This document shows, piece after piece, positions 19,066 through 29,138 of a stretch of 64,000 nucleotides of DNA (within the stretch, counting starts at the first letter, position 1; every line of letters begins with the position of its first letter). The translations under genes and the position numbers were made by a program. The stretch lies in the NCBI GenBank assembly GCA_964511375.1, contig CAZEEW010000001.1, positions 70,512-134,511 of the forward strand, read 5' to 3'. Source of the DNA: an uncultured Gammaproteobacteria bacterium (lineage in GTDB: Bacteria; Patescibacteriota; Patescibacteriia; Magasanikbacterales; GWA2-37-8). The notes beneath the pieces were generated by a model that was given only the letters and a program-made list of their open reading frames with translations, did no database searches and was not told the origin of the DNA.

Positions 19066-22000
19066 ATGGAAGAGTTTGCGGAAAAGTTAAAAAAACAGGG
19101 AAGAACCCTATTTTTTAGCGTACTAGGGATATTTTTTGTTATGCTAACTTTTAGCATTATTTTGCAACAAGATTCAGCTGTCGAAGCAGCGACGCCCCCT
19201 ACTATTGTTTCTTACCAAGGCAAGCTCTTGGTAGGTGGGAGTTTGGCATCGAGCACTGTTAGCATGACTTTCCGTTTATATGATGATCCAACCGCTGGGA
19301 GTGAAAAATATAATTCTGGAGCGGTAAGTGTCACTCCGCAATCCGGTTTATTTTCGGTCGAACTAGGTGGTAATGATGGTGCGGTAATTGACCCAACGAT
19401 TTTTAAGGATAATGCTGCTTTGTATTTGCAGGTTACAATTGGTGCCGAAAACCTGTCGCCTAGAAAGAGGATTACCACTGCACCTTACGCTCTAAACGCT
19501 CTTTACTTGGATGGTCGAATTGCTACAAGTACACCAACCAGCACTAGTTATGTTCCGTTGGCAGATAATTCTGGAAATTTTAATTTCAACAAAGTAACCT
19601 CCACGGAGGTATATGTGAGTGCTACGAGTTCATTTAACAATGGGACAGCCTTCTTTGTTCCATTTGATGGCACCAGTATTTTGAGCCTTGGCAATATAAC
19701 ATCAAATTCAGGGCTGCTGAGTATTTTGGGTACGACTGGAGATGCTCCCACAATTTTAATGGGAACAGGTGATGTGTACGGGGATGAATTTAATGTTTCA
19801 ATCGGTGGAGGAAATAGTCCAAGTATTGCTTTAAACTATAATTCGGTCTCGAATAATGGTTTGGAAATCGGGGCTAATGCCAGCGGCGGCTACATTGAGA
19901 GTACCCCAAGTAGTACAACTCTGAAGTTTGTTTCCAATATTGCTGCAGGGCTAGATTCATACTCTGCCTTTGAATTCAGAACAAATAATACCTTGACGGG
20001 CGGTGTAAACAAATATTTAGCCGCCTGGTACAATAATACGACAAACGTTATGGTTTTAAGTCCAGAGGGTACCCTGCTTGTTAACGCCCTTGGTGTTGCG
20101 GGTGTAGGCATTGAAACCACTGCGCTTACATCTTTCGGTACTGTCTCAGTCGGGACTGATCTTACAATAGGTGGTATAAATTATACACCCTACTTTATTG
20201 ATTCAGTTGGTACAAATGGTTATTTGTGGAAGTCAGACGGTGATGGACGTGGAACTTGGGTTTCAACTTCGAGCCTTGGTATAATAGGCGACCTTCCTCC
20301 TGGATCGACTGGCCAAGTTTTTCGTTATGGCTCTTCCTCGTGGGAAGCAACTAGTAGTTTGTTTATCGCTGATTCAGGTTTTGTTGGTATAGGAACCACA
20401 ACACCTAATTTAAAATTGACCATCGCAAATGATGGTGGTATGCAAGCAATGGGAACCTATGGTAGTGGTACGCTTCTTGCGACCAGTACAGGTTCGCAAT
20501 TTATTTGGTATCCAAGAAAGAGTTCTTTAATGGCTGGTCACATGGAAAGTTCGTACGAATATTGGTCAGATGGAATGGTGGGTAGTTACACTGCTTCGTT
20601 CGGAAGAGATAACCGTACCGGTGCTGATTATGCTTTCGCAGCAGGCAGCGGCAACAACGCTAACGGAACAGCTGCGGTTGCCATTGGATACGGTAATCAG
20701 GCAAGCGCAGAGTATAGTTCTGCCTTTGGGTCAGGGAATTTAAGCTTAGGTAATTATGGTGCAACTATAGGCCGCAGTAATCGAACTGATGGTGAATATT
20801 CCATTGCTATGGGATACACTGTGCGTGCTAGTTCAACCAGCGCTTTTGCCTGGGGATACAACTATACATTAACGACAGACTACTCACTTTCTATCGGTCG
20901 TGACGATGCAGATTTTATCTTTACGCCAGGAGAAAGCACAGCAACAAATACTGTAGCATTTTCTACTGTCACTCAATTTAATAACAACGTCGCAAGTACT
21001 ACTGGTGCCCTTGCATATATTTTGAATGCACCGAATTTTGCTTCTACGAGTCCCGATCAATACATTTTGTCCTTGCGCTCCAATAACACCCCGGTCTTTT
21101 CAGTAGCTTCCAACGGCAATGTTCATGCCTTAGGTACGTTAAGTGCATCGAGCGCAACGGTTGGTACTCCAGGAACACCCGGTGACTTGGCCGAGCGCGT
21201 GGATATTGCCATAGATGATACAGCTGAAGCTGGAGACGTATTAACTGTAGATGAAATCAGTCCAGATACTTATCGTCGCACGTCTGGCTCCTATGATGCT
21301 TCCGTTTCTGGTGTTGTGTCCACAAACCCGACGATTGTTGTTGGTAATGGTAAAACAGATTACACGGCGGTAATGGCCATGGTTGGTCGTGTACCCGTTA
21401 AAGCAAGTGCTGAAAACGGGCCAATTAATCGAGGTGATTTATTAGTTAGTGCTTCCTTACCCGGTCATGCTATGCGCTATGACCCGACCAAGGATGATAC
21501 CCGTGTAGTCGGTGTGATTGGTGTGGCTCTTGATTCGCTACCTTCCGGCAGTGGTAAAATTATGGCCCTGATCCGCACGGGCTGGGTGTATAACCGCAAT
21601 CAAAGCATCCAAGAGATTAAATCTAATTTAGAAACTTTAGCTGCGGTACAAGGCTTGAGCTTGGGTAGTAACCCGAACAATTTAGAAGTGCAGAATACTG
21701 GAGGTGCTTTAAATTACACTAGTGGAAACCTAAATCTTCAAGGGTTTGCCATTTTAAATGTGGGTCGAGTTATAGGAGTAAATGGTCGGTGGATTATTGA
21801 TGGTAATGGTCGATTAATTTCTAAAGTACAAACTTCTGAAGGTGAAAAAACTCTGTATTCTGTAAATTCATATAGCGATGAATTAATTATCTCAGGTAGT
21901 GATAAATTAACTTCCGGTGAGGCGCGAATTAATTTTGACCAAGCAACCAGAGAGATAATAAATAGTGACGAAACTTTGAAAGTAAATGTTACTTTAACTT

Positions 22001-22479
22001 CCGGTGAGGCCACGGGTATATACGTAAAAGAAAAAAATGAGCAGGGCTTTGTGGTAAAAGAAACTGGTGCTGGACAGAGTAATGCCACTTTTGATTGGGT
22101 AGTAATTGCTAAGCGTAAGCCAGTACCAACTCCCGAACCTCCAGCTGAAGTGACTAACCCGCCTCCGTCTAGCGGTAATAACACAGAAACGCCAGCGAGT
22201 TCGAATGAAAGTTCTGGTGGTAACCAAGTCAACCCACCTACCACTGATCAAGGTGCTGGTGAGACTAGTGAAGCCCCACCAAGTACTGATGCCAACGCAA
22301 GTCCAGACACAAACGACAATACTTCAGACACTGCTAGCCCTACTACAGAAACAAGTTCAACTCCGCCGCCAGCGGACCCTGTTGAAACTACCCCAGCACT
22401 AACCCAAACCACAGAAGCGCCTGTCGAGACAGGTGAAACTACTCCAGGCAATGGAGGAGAAGCATTAGCCAGCCCTTGA
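19066..22479 (+). CDS. Giant fibre/adhesin-like surface protein with N-terminal anchor and Pro/Thr/Ser-rich C-terminal tail
   Basis: 1137 aa with an N-terminal TM helix (LFFSVLGIFFVMLTFSIIL). Carries YadA-head-like repeats (aa ~520-600) and a low-complexity P/T/S/E tail. Confidence 0.8.
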   Translation: MEEFAEKLKKQGRTLFFSVLGIFFVMLTFSIILQQDSAVEAATPPTIVSYQGKLLVGGSLASSTVSMTFRLYDDPTAGSEKYNSGAVSVTPQSGLFSVELGGNDGAVIDPTIFKDNAALYLQVTIGAENLSPRKRITTAPYALNALYLDGRIATSTPTSTSYVPLADNSGNFNFNKVTSTEVYVSATSSFNNGTAFFVPFDGTSILSLGNITSNSGLLSILGTTGDAPTILMGTGDVYGDEFNVSIGGGNSPSIALNYNSVSNNGLEIGANASGGYIESTPSSTTLKFVSNIAAGLDSYSAFEFRTNNTLTGGVNKYLAAWYNNTTNVMVLSPEGTLLVNALGVAGVGIETTALTSFGTVSVGTDLTIGGINYTPYFIDSVGTNGYLWKSDGDGRGTWVSTSSLGIIGDLPPGSTGQVFRYGSSSWEATSSLFIADSGFVGIGTTTPNLKLTIANDGGMQAMGTYGSGTLLATSTGSQFIWYPRKSSLMAGHMESSYEYWSDGMVGSYTASFGRDNRTGADYAFAAGSGNNANGTAAVAIGYGNQASAEYSSAFGSGNLSLGNYGATIGRSNRTDGEYSIAMGYTVRASSTSAFAWGYNYTLTTDYSLSIGRDDADFIFTPGESTATNTVAFSTVTQFNNNVASTTGALAYILNAPNFASTSPDQYILSLRSNNTPVFSVASNGNVHALGTLSASSATVGTPGTPGDLAERVDIAIDDTAEAGDVLTVDEISPDTYRRTSGSYDASVSGVVSTNPTIVVGNGKTDYTAVMAMVGRVPVKASAENGPINRGDLLVSASLPGHAMRYDPTKDDTRVVGVIGVALDSLPSGSGKIMALIRTGWVYNRNQSIQEIKSNLETLAAVQGLSLGSNPNNLEVQNTGGALNYTSGNLNLQGFAILNVGRVIGVNGRWIIDGNGRLISKVQTSEGEKTLYSVNSYSDELIISGSDKLTSGEARINFDQATREIINSDETLKVNVTLTSGEATGIYVKEKNEQGFVVKETGAGQSNATFDWVVIAKRKPVPTPEPPAEVTNPPPSSGNNTETPASSNESSGGNQVNPPTTDQGAGETSEAPPSTDANASPDTNDNTSDTASPTTETSSTPPPADPVETTPALTQTTEAPVETGETTPGNGGEALASP

Positions 22480-22516
22480 TTTTCTTCATACTCTAGGCTA
22501 TACTATCCTGACTTAG

Positions 22517-22590
22517 GGGCCCTTAGCGTAGCTGGCTAGCGCGCTTCCATGGCATGGAAGAGGTCACGAGTTCGAATCTCGTAGGGTCCA
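22517..22590 (+). tRNA. tRNA-Ala (anticodon GGC)
   Basis: Hand-folded cloverleaf: acceptor GGGCCCT/AGGGTCC with G3:U70, anticodon loop ATGGCAT, T-arm ACGAG-TTCGAAT-CTCGT. Confidence 0.9.
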
Positions 22591-22597
22591 CAAAAAT

Positions 22598-22619
22598 CCG
22601 GCACTTTGCCGGTTTTTTT
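22598..22619 (+). terminator. Intrinsic terminator after tRNA-Ala
   Basis: Hairpin CCGGCA-ctt-TGCCGG followed by T7. Confidence 0.85.
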
Positions 22620-22658
22620 CTGGACTTTTTTTAAAATTAGTCGTAGAATACTGGCACT

Positions 22659-23183
22659 ATGACAGATTTTTATCTTATTTTACAAATAATTCTACTTATA
22701 TTAGCCTTTTCAATGGTTGTTGCTACTTTGTCACTGGCGCCTTGGGTACCGACGAGAAATAGGGATTTACAAAGGGTGTTCAGATTAAGTAATCTGTCTC
22801 CGGGAGAAGTATTTTATGATCTAGGTAGCGGGACCGGGACTACGGTTTTTGCTGCGGCCAAAATCAAAGATGTAAAAGCAAGGGGTATTGAATTGGCTCT
22901 GCCGTTGTATGTATTTTCGGTAATTAAAAAGGTACTTTTAGGTAGTAAACAAGCAAGTTTCAAATGGAAATCCTTGTTTAAGGAAGATTTATCAGAAGCC
23001 GACGTTATTTACATTTTTGGTTTACCAAACAAATTAAAAGATAAATTAGTTAATAAATTTCAAAAAGAACTGAAATCTGGTAGTCGGGTGGTAAGTTACG
23101 TTTTTCCGATCAAAGGCCTCGAGCCAGTGATCGTCGATCACCCGACCGACCAAGATCTTTCTGTTTACGTATATAAATTTTAA
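22659..23183 (+). CDS. Class I SAM-dependent methyltransferase with N-terminal TM helix
   Basis: SAM-binding motif I: VFYDLGSGTGTTVF. Confidence 0.75.
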   Translation: MTDFYLILQIILLILAFSMVVATLSLAPWVPTRNRDLQRVFRLSNLSPGEVFYDLGSGTGTTVFAAAKIKDVKARGIELALPLYVFSVIKKVLLGSKQASFKWKSLFKEDLSEADVIYIFGLPNKLKDKLVNKFQKELKSGSRVVSYVFPIKGLEPVIVDHPTDQDLSVYVYKF

Positions 23184-23187
23184 TTAT

Positions 23188-24264
23188 ATGTCATTTTCTA
23201 TTGGTATTGTTGGTCTGCCAAATGTCGGTAAATCCACCTTATTTAACGCCTTAACTAGAAGTAAACAAGCTGACGCGCAAAATTACCCCTTTTGTACTAT
23301 TGATCCCAATGTAGGAGTGGTGGAGGTTCCAGATGAACGCCTGCAAAAATTATCTGATGTCTCCAAATCATTGAAAATAGTACCAACAGTAATCGAGTTT
23401 GTAGACATTGCTGGTTTGGTTAAGGGCGCATCCGAAGGAGAAGGCTTGGGCAACAAATTTCTATCCCACATCCGTGAAGTAGACGCGATCGCTCAAGTGG
23501 TTCGTAGTTTTAGTGACTCAAATGTTATTCATGTACATAACCGCGTTGACCCGAAAGATGATGCAGATATAATTAATTTAGAATTAACTTTAGCCGACCT
23601 CCAGACTGTTTCTAAAAGATTAGAAAATACAAAGAAAGCTGCGAAGGGTACTGCGGCCAAGGAAAAAGAAAAGGAATTGGAGTTTTTGGAAAAACTCAAC
23701 TCCCATTTAGAAAAAGGTCTACCCGCCCGCCTATTAGAGATTGAAGAGGATGAAAAGCCCTTACTTAAGGAACTCCAACTTATTACCTCTAAGCCCATGC
23801 TCTATGTAGTTAACTCTGACGAAGGTAAGAGTGCACCAATTGCAGAATTGTCTGGCAGCTTAACTGAGCAGATTGCATTAAGCGCAAAGTTGGAGGCAGA
23901 GTTAGCAGATCTTTCCCCAGAAGAGGGTAGAGAATATTTAAAAAGCCTGGGTTTAGAAGAGACTGGTTTGGAAAAATTGATTAGGGCGAGTTACAAGCTC
24001 TTAAATTTAGTGACATATTTTACTTCTGGTGAACCAGAAACCCGAGCTTGGACAGTAACCGAAGGCACTAAAGCTCCACAGGCAGCTGGTGTCATCCACA
24101 CGGATTTTATTAAAGGTTTCATTAAGGCCGATGTTTCCAATTGGAAAGATTTTGTTGAGTGCGGAGGTTGGGGAAAAATAAAAGAAACCGGAAAGCTCCG
24201 GTTAGAAGGAAAAGATTATGTTGTCAAAGACGGCGATGTCTGTTATTTCCATGTTAATACTTAA
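23188..24264 (+). CDS. ychF: Redox-regulated ATPase YchF
   Basis: G1 motif [18 protein letters not shown] and a conserved TGS-like C-terminus ([10 protein letters not shown]). Confidence 0.9.
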   Translation: MSFSIGIVGLPNVGKSTLFNALTRSKQADAQNYPFCTIDPNVGVVEVPDERLQKLSDVSKSLKIVPTVIEFVDIAGLVKGASEGEGLGNKFLSHIREVDAIAQVVRSFSDSNVIHVHNRVDPKDDADIINLELTLADLQTVSKRLENTKKAAKGTAAKEKEKELEFLEKLNSHLEKGLPARLLEIEEDEKPLLKELQLITSKPMLYVVNSDEGKSAPIAELSGSLTEQIALSAKLEAELADLSPEEGREYLKSLGLEETGLEKLIRASYKLLNLVTYFTSGEPETRAWTVTEGTKAPQAAGVIHTDFIKGFIKADVSNWKDFVECGGWGKIKETGKLRLEGKDYVVKDGDVCYFHVNT

Positions 24265-25508
24265 GCAGTTTTTCGAGAGTATCTGAAACGCCAGATTTCT
24301 CTACCTACTTGCTGTCCTGGTCTATGATAAAGAAGAAAATCTTGGTTGTTAAACATTTGTTTCACCTCAAAACCCATTTTCATAATGGGTTTTTTAATAT
24401 CTATCGTTACCCATTGGCCTTTAACCCAAAACCGTGGGATAAGAAAAACTACCGAAGCGTTTAATTCTAGCACCCTGCTAAATGAACGAAAGGCCGCCAA
24501 GTACAATTCCTTCAGTTCGTTTAATTGTAAGTCTAATTTTTGGCGATCAATTTTGCCTCGCCAGGCAATACCCAGGTAGGGCTCAGTAACGATTCCGCCA
24601 ATTGAGTTTTTGTTTATTTTTTTTTCCAAATCATGGACGTCGGCCTGAAATACGCGTGCGGAAAATTTTTGACTAATTTCACTATTATCTTTTAACCACG
24701 CAATATTCTTTTCAGAATCAGTAACGGCCTTATCATAAAGATCAGAACCAATAACACTTTGGTAGCCTAATAATAGCGCTTCGGACAAAACTGTGCCTGA
24801 GCCACAGAAAGGATCAAGTAAGGTTTTGTCCTTTGGAGTTTGGGAAAGGTTGATCATCATCATGGCTAATTTCGGCGGCAACATTCCGCTGAAGTCGTCG
24901 CGACCAGGACGATTAAAGTCTCGCTCAGAAAATTTTTCAAAGGGCTGTACGGAAAGAGTCTTGGCTACTGAATAATCGTGACCAGACTTTTCTAAAATAA
25001 GAAATTCGATTCCTTTATCTAAAAGATCATTTTTTACAACTGACACGCTAGAGAGCTCGGTTTCCGCATCAAAAATGTAGCGAGAAGACAAATTTTTATC
25101 TGCCAACCTTTTTTTGATTTTCTTCCCCAAATCATTCAGCCAGTCTGGCGTTCCGGCCCCCTCTATTGAAGAGGGGCGGTAAAGACTTAGTCCAAAATCT
25201 TTTTTTCGTGTTTTGTCGTCACTTAAGTAATCACTAATTAACCCTATAATGTCTTCTTTGGAAGAAATTTGTTTCCCAGAAAATAATCTTTCACCAATTT
25301 TGACTGTGCCACCCAACTCATTAATTATATCTGGGCTCACATTGTCCGAAACAAGGCGTAGAATCTTGTTTTCGACCTCTAAGTTTTTTGGCTCTAAGTT
25401 TAAAGAAGCCGCGATTTCAGCGGCAGAAATATTTGGTTCACGACCTAAAACAAACCAGATCTCGCTAGGTTTTTTTTGCTGTGGAAGTTGTGCTGGTTGT
25501 TTGTTCAT
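24261..25508 (-). CDS. Putative RNA methyltransferase (UPF0020/Trm11-like)
   Basis: Motif I DPFCGSGTVLSEALLLG and a TEPYLG (D/N-P-P-Y-like) motif. Confidence 0.65.
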   Translation of the reverse strand: MNKQPAQLPQQKKPSEIWFVLGREPNISAAEIAASLNLEPKNLEVENKILRLVSDNVSPDIINELGGTVKIGERLFSGKQISSKEDIIGLISDYLSDDKTRKKDFGLSLYRPSSIEGAGTPDWLNDLGKKIKKRLADKNLSSRYIFDAETELSSVSVVKNDLLDKGIEFLILEKSGHDYSVAKTLSVQPFEKFSERDFNRPGRDDFSGMLPPKLAMMMINLSQTPKDKTLLDPFCGSGTVLSEALLLGYQSVIGSDLYDKAVTDSEKNIAWLKDNSEISQKFSARVFQADVHDLEKKINKNSIGGIVTEPYLGIAWRGKIDRQKLDLQLNELKELYLAAFRSFSRVLELNASVVFLIPRFWVKGQWVTIDIKKPIMKMGFEVKQMFNNQDFLLYHRPGQQVGREIWRFRYSRKTA

Positions 25509-25821
25509 ACATGAGAATATCCTTGTTCTGGAAAAAGTCTCTGGTAGAGGTTGGAATGTTAAATTCGCTTGTTTTAGTTAACTGGAGAGCGTTTGCCTCC
25601 TCATAAGCTGCCTGGTCGATCGCTTCACCGCCAATCTGTGAGTTCAAGGCAACGACGGCATTGGCATCGGCTAAAGTCGTATAGATATTATTGTATATAA
25701 AGTAATATGTAAAGAGGGAGGCAGTAAGAAGAACCCCCATAAGGAAGATGCTTAGTAAGCGCCAACCGGCGTACTTGCCGACTGATTTAAATTCAAGTTT
25801 TATTGGTTTATTTAGAAACAT
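25465..25821 (-). CDS. Small membrane protein, last gene of the pilus operon
   Basis: 118 aa with a single TM helix. Position suggests translational coupling to the pilO-like gene. Confidence 0.5.
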   Translation of the reverse strand: MFLNKPIKLEFKSVGKYAGWRLLSIFLMGVLLTASLFTYYFIYNNIYTTLADANAVVALNSQIGGEAIDQAAYEEANALQLTKTSEFNIPTSTRDFFQNKDILMYEQTTSTTSTAKKT

Positions 25822-26344
25822 ACAAGGAGATATCTAGAACCAGACGAACGTTGCTTTCTTTATGAGAATTGATCCCTGTCGGCATCAGGCTAAGGTTTTC
25901 TAAACGTAGAAAATATGGTAAATTTTCTAATTCATTCATGTAGAATAAGACATTTTTGTAGCTGCCATTAACAATCAAATTAAATTTTAGCGACTGTTTG
26001 TTTGGGTCATCTAAGTTGCTACTATTTATTTTTTGGTCCAACTTATGTTTTAACGCGAGGTTCTCAAGCAGCGTAATAAATTTTAGTTCCTGTCCTGTTT
26101 GATATAAATGCTGGTCTAAGTTAGCAATTTGTTCACGGACGGTTTCCACCTGGTGGACAGAGCTTTTAGATTGTAATGTCCTTTGGTAGCGTTTCTCTAA
26201 GAAATTTTTGAGAGCAGCTGTCTCTTCCTTTAAATTATTAATGTCCTGGCTGGTAGGGTAAATCACCCCAAAAATTATACCCAAAGTCAGGACCATGATG
26301 GCCACAAGTAGTAAATAAACTTTCTTTTCTTGCGTTGTACGCAT
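25808..26344 (-). CDS. pilO: Type IV pilus assembly protein PilO-like
   Basis: N-terminal TM helix plus coiled coil. Called mainly from its position after pilN. Confidence 0.5.
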   Translation of the reverse strand: MRTTQEKKVYLLLVAIMVLTLGIIFGVIYPTSQDINNLKEETAALKNFLEKRYQRTLQSKSSVHQVETVREQIANLDQHLYQTGQELKFITLLENLALKHKLDQKINSSNLDDPNKQSLKFNLIVNGSYKNVLFYMNELENLPYFLRLENLSLMPTGINSHKESNVRLVLDISLYVSK

Positions 26345-26352
26345 AGGCGTTA

Positions 26353-26895
26353 TTAAAGACTGGGCCAGCCCTGGATTTTAATTTTAAACTCAAATGGTAT
26401 ATTCTCTTTTTGCAGCAGACGAGAAATTGGGGAGGAGACATTTTCTAACCAGCTAATTTCTTTAAGCTTGTCTTGGTAATCCAACAAAGCTTGACGGGTG
26501 GTGGCTGTCCCACTTAAGGACAAAGTAGAATCAGAACGGTTAACAGCAAGACTGTTTAGGGTAATATTCTGGGGCAAGTTACTGGACAGAACTAATAATT
26601 CTGGCACAATTCTTTTAAAACCTTTTCCAGCCTCATTGAATCTTTCTAGTTTACGATTTGTCTCTCTTACCTCTTGGTTATGTGCTGTAAATTCTTGGTT
26701 AACAACGATTGCGCTTTCCGACAAAGAATTAAAATCCTCTTGAAGTGTTAGCCAGCTCCAAACTAAACTAATTCCTAAGACAGCGGCAGTAATGAGCACA
26801 ATCTCCAGCATGTTTTTGACAAAGATAAAGCGCACCAGGTGTTCTAACTTAGCTTTTTTTGGGGGAGGTAATAGATTAACGGCTTGTCGAAACAT
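26353..26895 (-). CDS. pilN: Type IV pilus assembly protein PilN-like
   Basis: VNLLPPP near the N-terminus and a single TM helix. Position after pilM. Confidence 0.6.
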   Translation of the reverse strand: MFRQAVNLLPPPKKAKLEHLVRFIFVKNMLEIVLITAAVLGISLVWSWLTLQEDFNSLSESAIVVNQEFTAHNQEVRETNRKLERFNEAGKGFKRIVPELLVLSSNLPQNITLNSLAVNRSDSTLSLSGTATTRQALLDYQDKLKEISWLENVSSPISRLLQKENIPFEFKIKIQGWPSL

Positions 26896-26896
26896 A

Positions 26897-27985
26897 TTAT
26901 TCTTTACTCAAGAAAGGATTTTGTGCTGCTCGTAGCGCCAAACCAACTACCGAAGCCAAGGAAGAATCAGTGGTGTGGTTAGCAAATTCATCCGAAAATT
27001 TAAGTGTGGGCAGGAATGGTAAAATGCTTGTTTTTACCTTTAATTTTCTACCAATCGTCTCTGGCAAATTTTTTAAAGAAGCTGAACCACCACACAGGTT
27101 AACTTCTTTTATTGGATCAGTTTCAGAAAAGTGTTCTTGGTAAAAATTAACTGCCCGGCTAACCTCGGTAATTAAATTGTCAGTTAATTTTGTGACTACC
27201 TTAAGATATTTCGGATCTAGTTTAGAGTAAGTAACCCCTCGCTCAATTTTTAAATCCTCGGCTTTTTCGTAGTCAATCTTCATTTCTTGTGCAATTGCGG
27301 TTGTAAGTAATTCACCTGAGAAGTTCAGATGAGTACTAAACTTAACGCCCTCATGATCAAAAAAGATAAGGTTAGAGCGGGTGGCGCCTAAGTCTAAAAT
27401 CGCGCTCGCTTTTTGCTCGACTTGGTTATCTGGCAACAGGGCGCGGGCGATAGACAAAACCTCGATTTCTAAAGCCAGAGGGGTTAGCCCAACACTTTCT
27501 AAGAGATAAGTATATGAGTCGGCAATAATTTTAGGTACAGCACCTACCAATACTCGCGAATGGTTGTTGTTGCTGCCTCCTAACACCTTCCAATCAATAT
27601 AAGTTTCTTCGGCTTCAAATGGTAAATGCTTTTTCGCCTGGTACAAAACATCTTCTTCAGTTACCTGATCTGGGCTAGCTTCCAACGGAATGATTTTTAA
27701 AAAAGTTTTTGGTTCTGGCAGGTCAGCTACTACCCAGGGAGATTTGATTGCTTTATAACGTCCTTCCCGTCCTAGAAGGTAGAGAATTTTTTTCCGAACC
27801 ATTTCTGGCTGTTGGATCTCTCCGTTCACTATACAACCTGGGGAGAGAGGGGCGGTGCGTAGTTCTTTAACGTAATAATAATCATGGCCCCGTAAGGATT
27901 TACGTCGTTCTAATTGCATTAATTTTATTGACAGGTCACCAATGTTTAAGCCAAAGGCGCCGCAAAAAGGATTTTGCAAAAACAT
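26897..27985 (-). CDS. pilM: Type IV pilus assembly protein PilM
   Basis: Actin-like ATPase fold signature at the N-terminus (FGLNIGDLSIKLMQL), 362 aa. Confidence 0.8.
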   Translation of the reverse strand: MFLQNPFCGAFGLNIGDLSIKLMQLERRKSLRGHDYYYVKELRTAPLSPGCIVNGEIQQPEMVRKKILYLLGREGRYKAIKSPWVVADLPEPKTFLKIIPLEASPDQVTEEDVLYQAKKHLPFEAEETYIDWKVLGGSNNNHSRVLVGAVPKIIADSYTYLLESVGLTPLALEIEVLSIARALLPDNQVEQKASAILDLGATRSNLIFFDHEGVKFSTHLNFSGELLTTAIAQEMKIDYEKAEDLKIERGVTYSKLDPKYLKVVTKLTDNLITEVSRAVNFYQEHFSETDPIKEVNLCGGSASLKNLPETIGRKLKVKTSILPFLPTLKFSDEFANHTTDSSLASVVGLALRAAQNPFLSKE

Positions 27986-27987
27986 AA

Positions 27988-29136
27988 CTAGAAACTCTGA
28001 GCTAAAGAGTACATCGGCATGATAACTGCCACCGCTATGCCAGCAACTGCCAAGCCAAGTATTAAAATAATAACTGGCTCAATAATTGTAGAAAAGTTTT
28101 TCATCGTGTTATCTACTTCATTTGAATAGTAATCAGACAATTCTTTCAACATATGTTCTACCTCACCGGACTGTTCTCCAACCATGATCATTTCCGTTAC
28201 CATTGGTGGAAACGCTTTTGGGAAGGTTGCTAAGATTTCTGACAAAGCCTCACCTTTTTTAAGTTTTTCCGAAACTTCTAACAAGTTGTTTTTGTAAACT
28301 AAATTACTTTGTACTTCTGAAGTGATGCGGACAGCATCAATAATTGGAATGGAGCTCTGCATTAGAGAAGAAAGAGTCAAAGTAAAACGAGCTAAGTTAA
28401 TTTTTTTAATGATTGGTCCGGCTAAAGGTAGGTGCAAGTTCAAAACATGCAATTTTTTTCTTAAGCTTGGCACTTTAAATAACTGAATTAGGCCAATAAT
28501 TAAAGCTACCAAGCCAATTCCAATAAAGATGCCATACTTTTGTGTGCCCTCGGTAATCGCAATTAGGATTCTTGTTGGTAAAGGCAATTCCGCATCAAAG
28601 TCATTAAACATGACCATAACTTTTGGTAAAACAAATACCACTACTTCGATCGCAATCCCTACCATGGCCACCAACACTACTGCCGGGTAAACCATGGCGC
28701 CCCGCACCCGGCTTGTAAGTTCGTGGCTTTTTTTCATTTGAGTATGGATTTGGTCTAAAGCCTCCTCCATTTTGCCGGCGGCCTCACCCGCAGCGACCAT
28801 ACTTACGTAGATAGGCGGGAAGACTTTTGGGTACAAGGCCAAGACTTCGCTTAACTGCTTGCCTTTTTCAACCCCTTCTTTAATCTCACCAATTATTTTT
28901 TTAAGTCTTTTATTCTCGATTTCTTGCCCTAAGACTTGTAAAGCGTTCACAATCGGCAAACCAGCCTTAATCATGGTCTTAAGGTGGTAAATGAACAGCA
29001 TTTTGTGCACCAAAGGAATCCGAGTCAAATGATCAGTGACCCAGGCATTTAGCTTGGATTCAAAAGAAGATAGTTGCTTTTCACTCCCTTTGTCAGTTAC
29101 TTCTTCCAAGTTGGGTGCTTTGCGTGTCGCAAACAT
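27988..29136 (-). CDS. pilC: Type IV pilus platform protein PilC (T2SS F family)
   Basis: Duplicated T2SSF domains and 3-4 TM helices. Confidence 0.85.
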   Translation of the reverse strand: MFATRKAPNLEEVTDKGSEKQLSSFESKLNAWVTDHLTRIPLVHKMLFIYHLKTMIKAGLPIVNALQVLGQEIENKRLKKIIGEIKEGVEKGKQLSEVLALYPKVFPPIYVSMVAAGEAAGKMEEALDQIHTQMKKSHELTSRVRGAMVYPAVVLVAMVGIAIEVVVFVLPKVMVMFNDFDAELPLPTRILIAITEGTQKYGIFIGIGLVALIIGLIQLFKVPSLRKKLHVLNLHLPLAGPIIKKINLARFTLTLSSLMQSSIPIIDAVRITSEVQSNLVYKNNLLEVSEKLKKGEALSEILATFPKAFPPMVTEMIMVGEQSGEVEHMLKELSDYYSNEVDNTMKNFSTIIEPVIILILGLAVAGIAVAVIMPMYSLAQSF

Positions 29137-29138
29137 AA

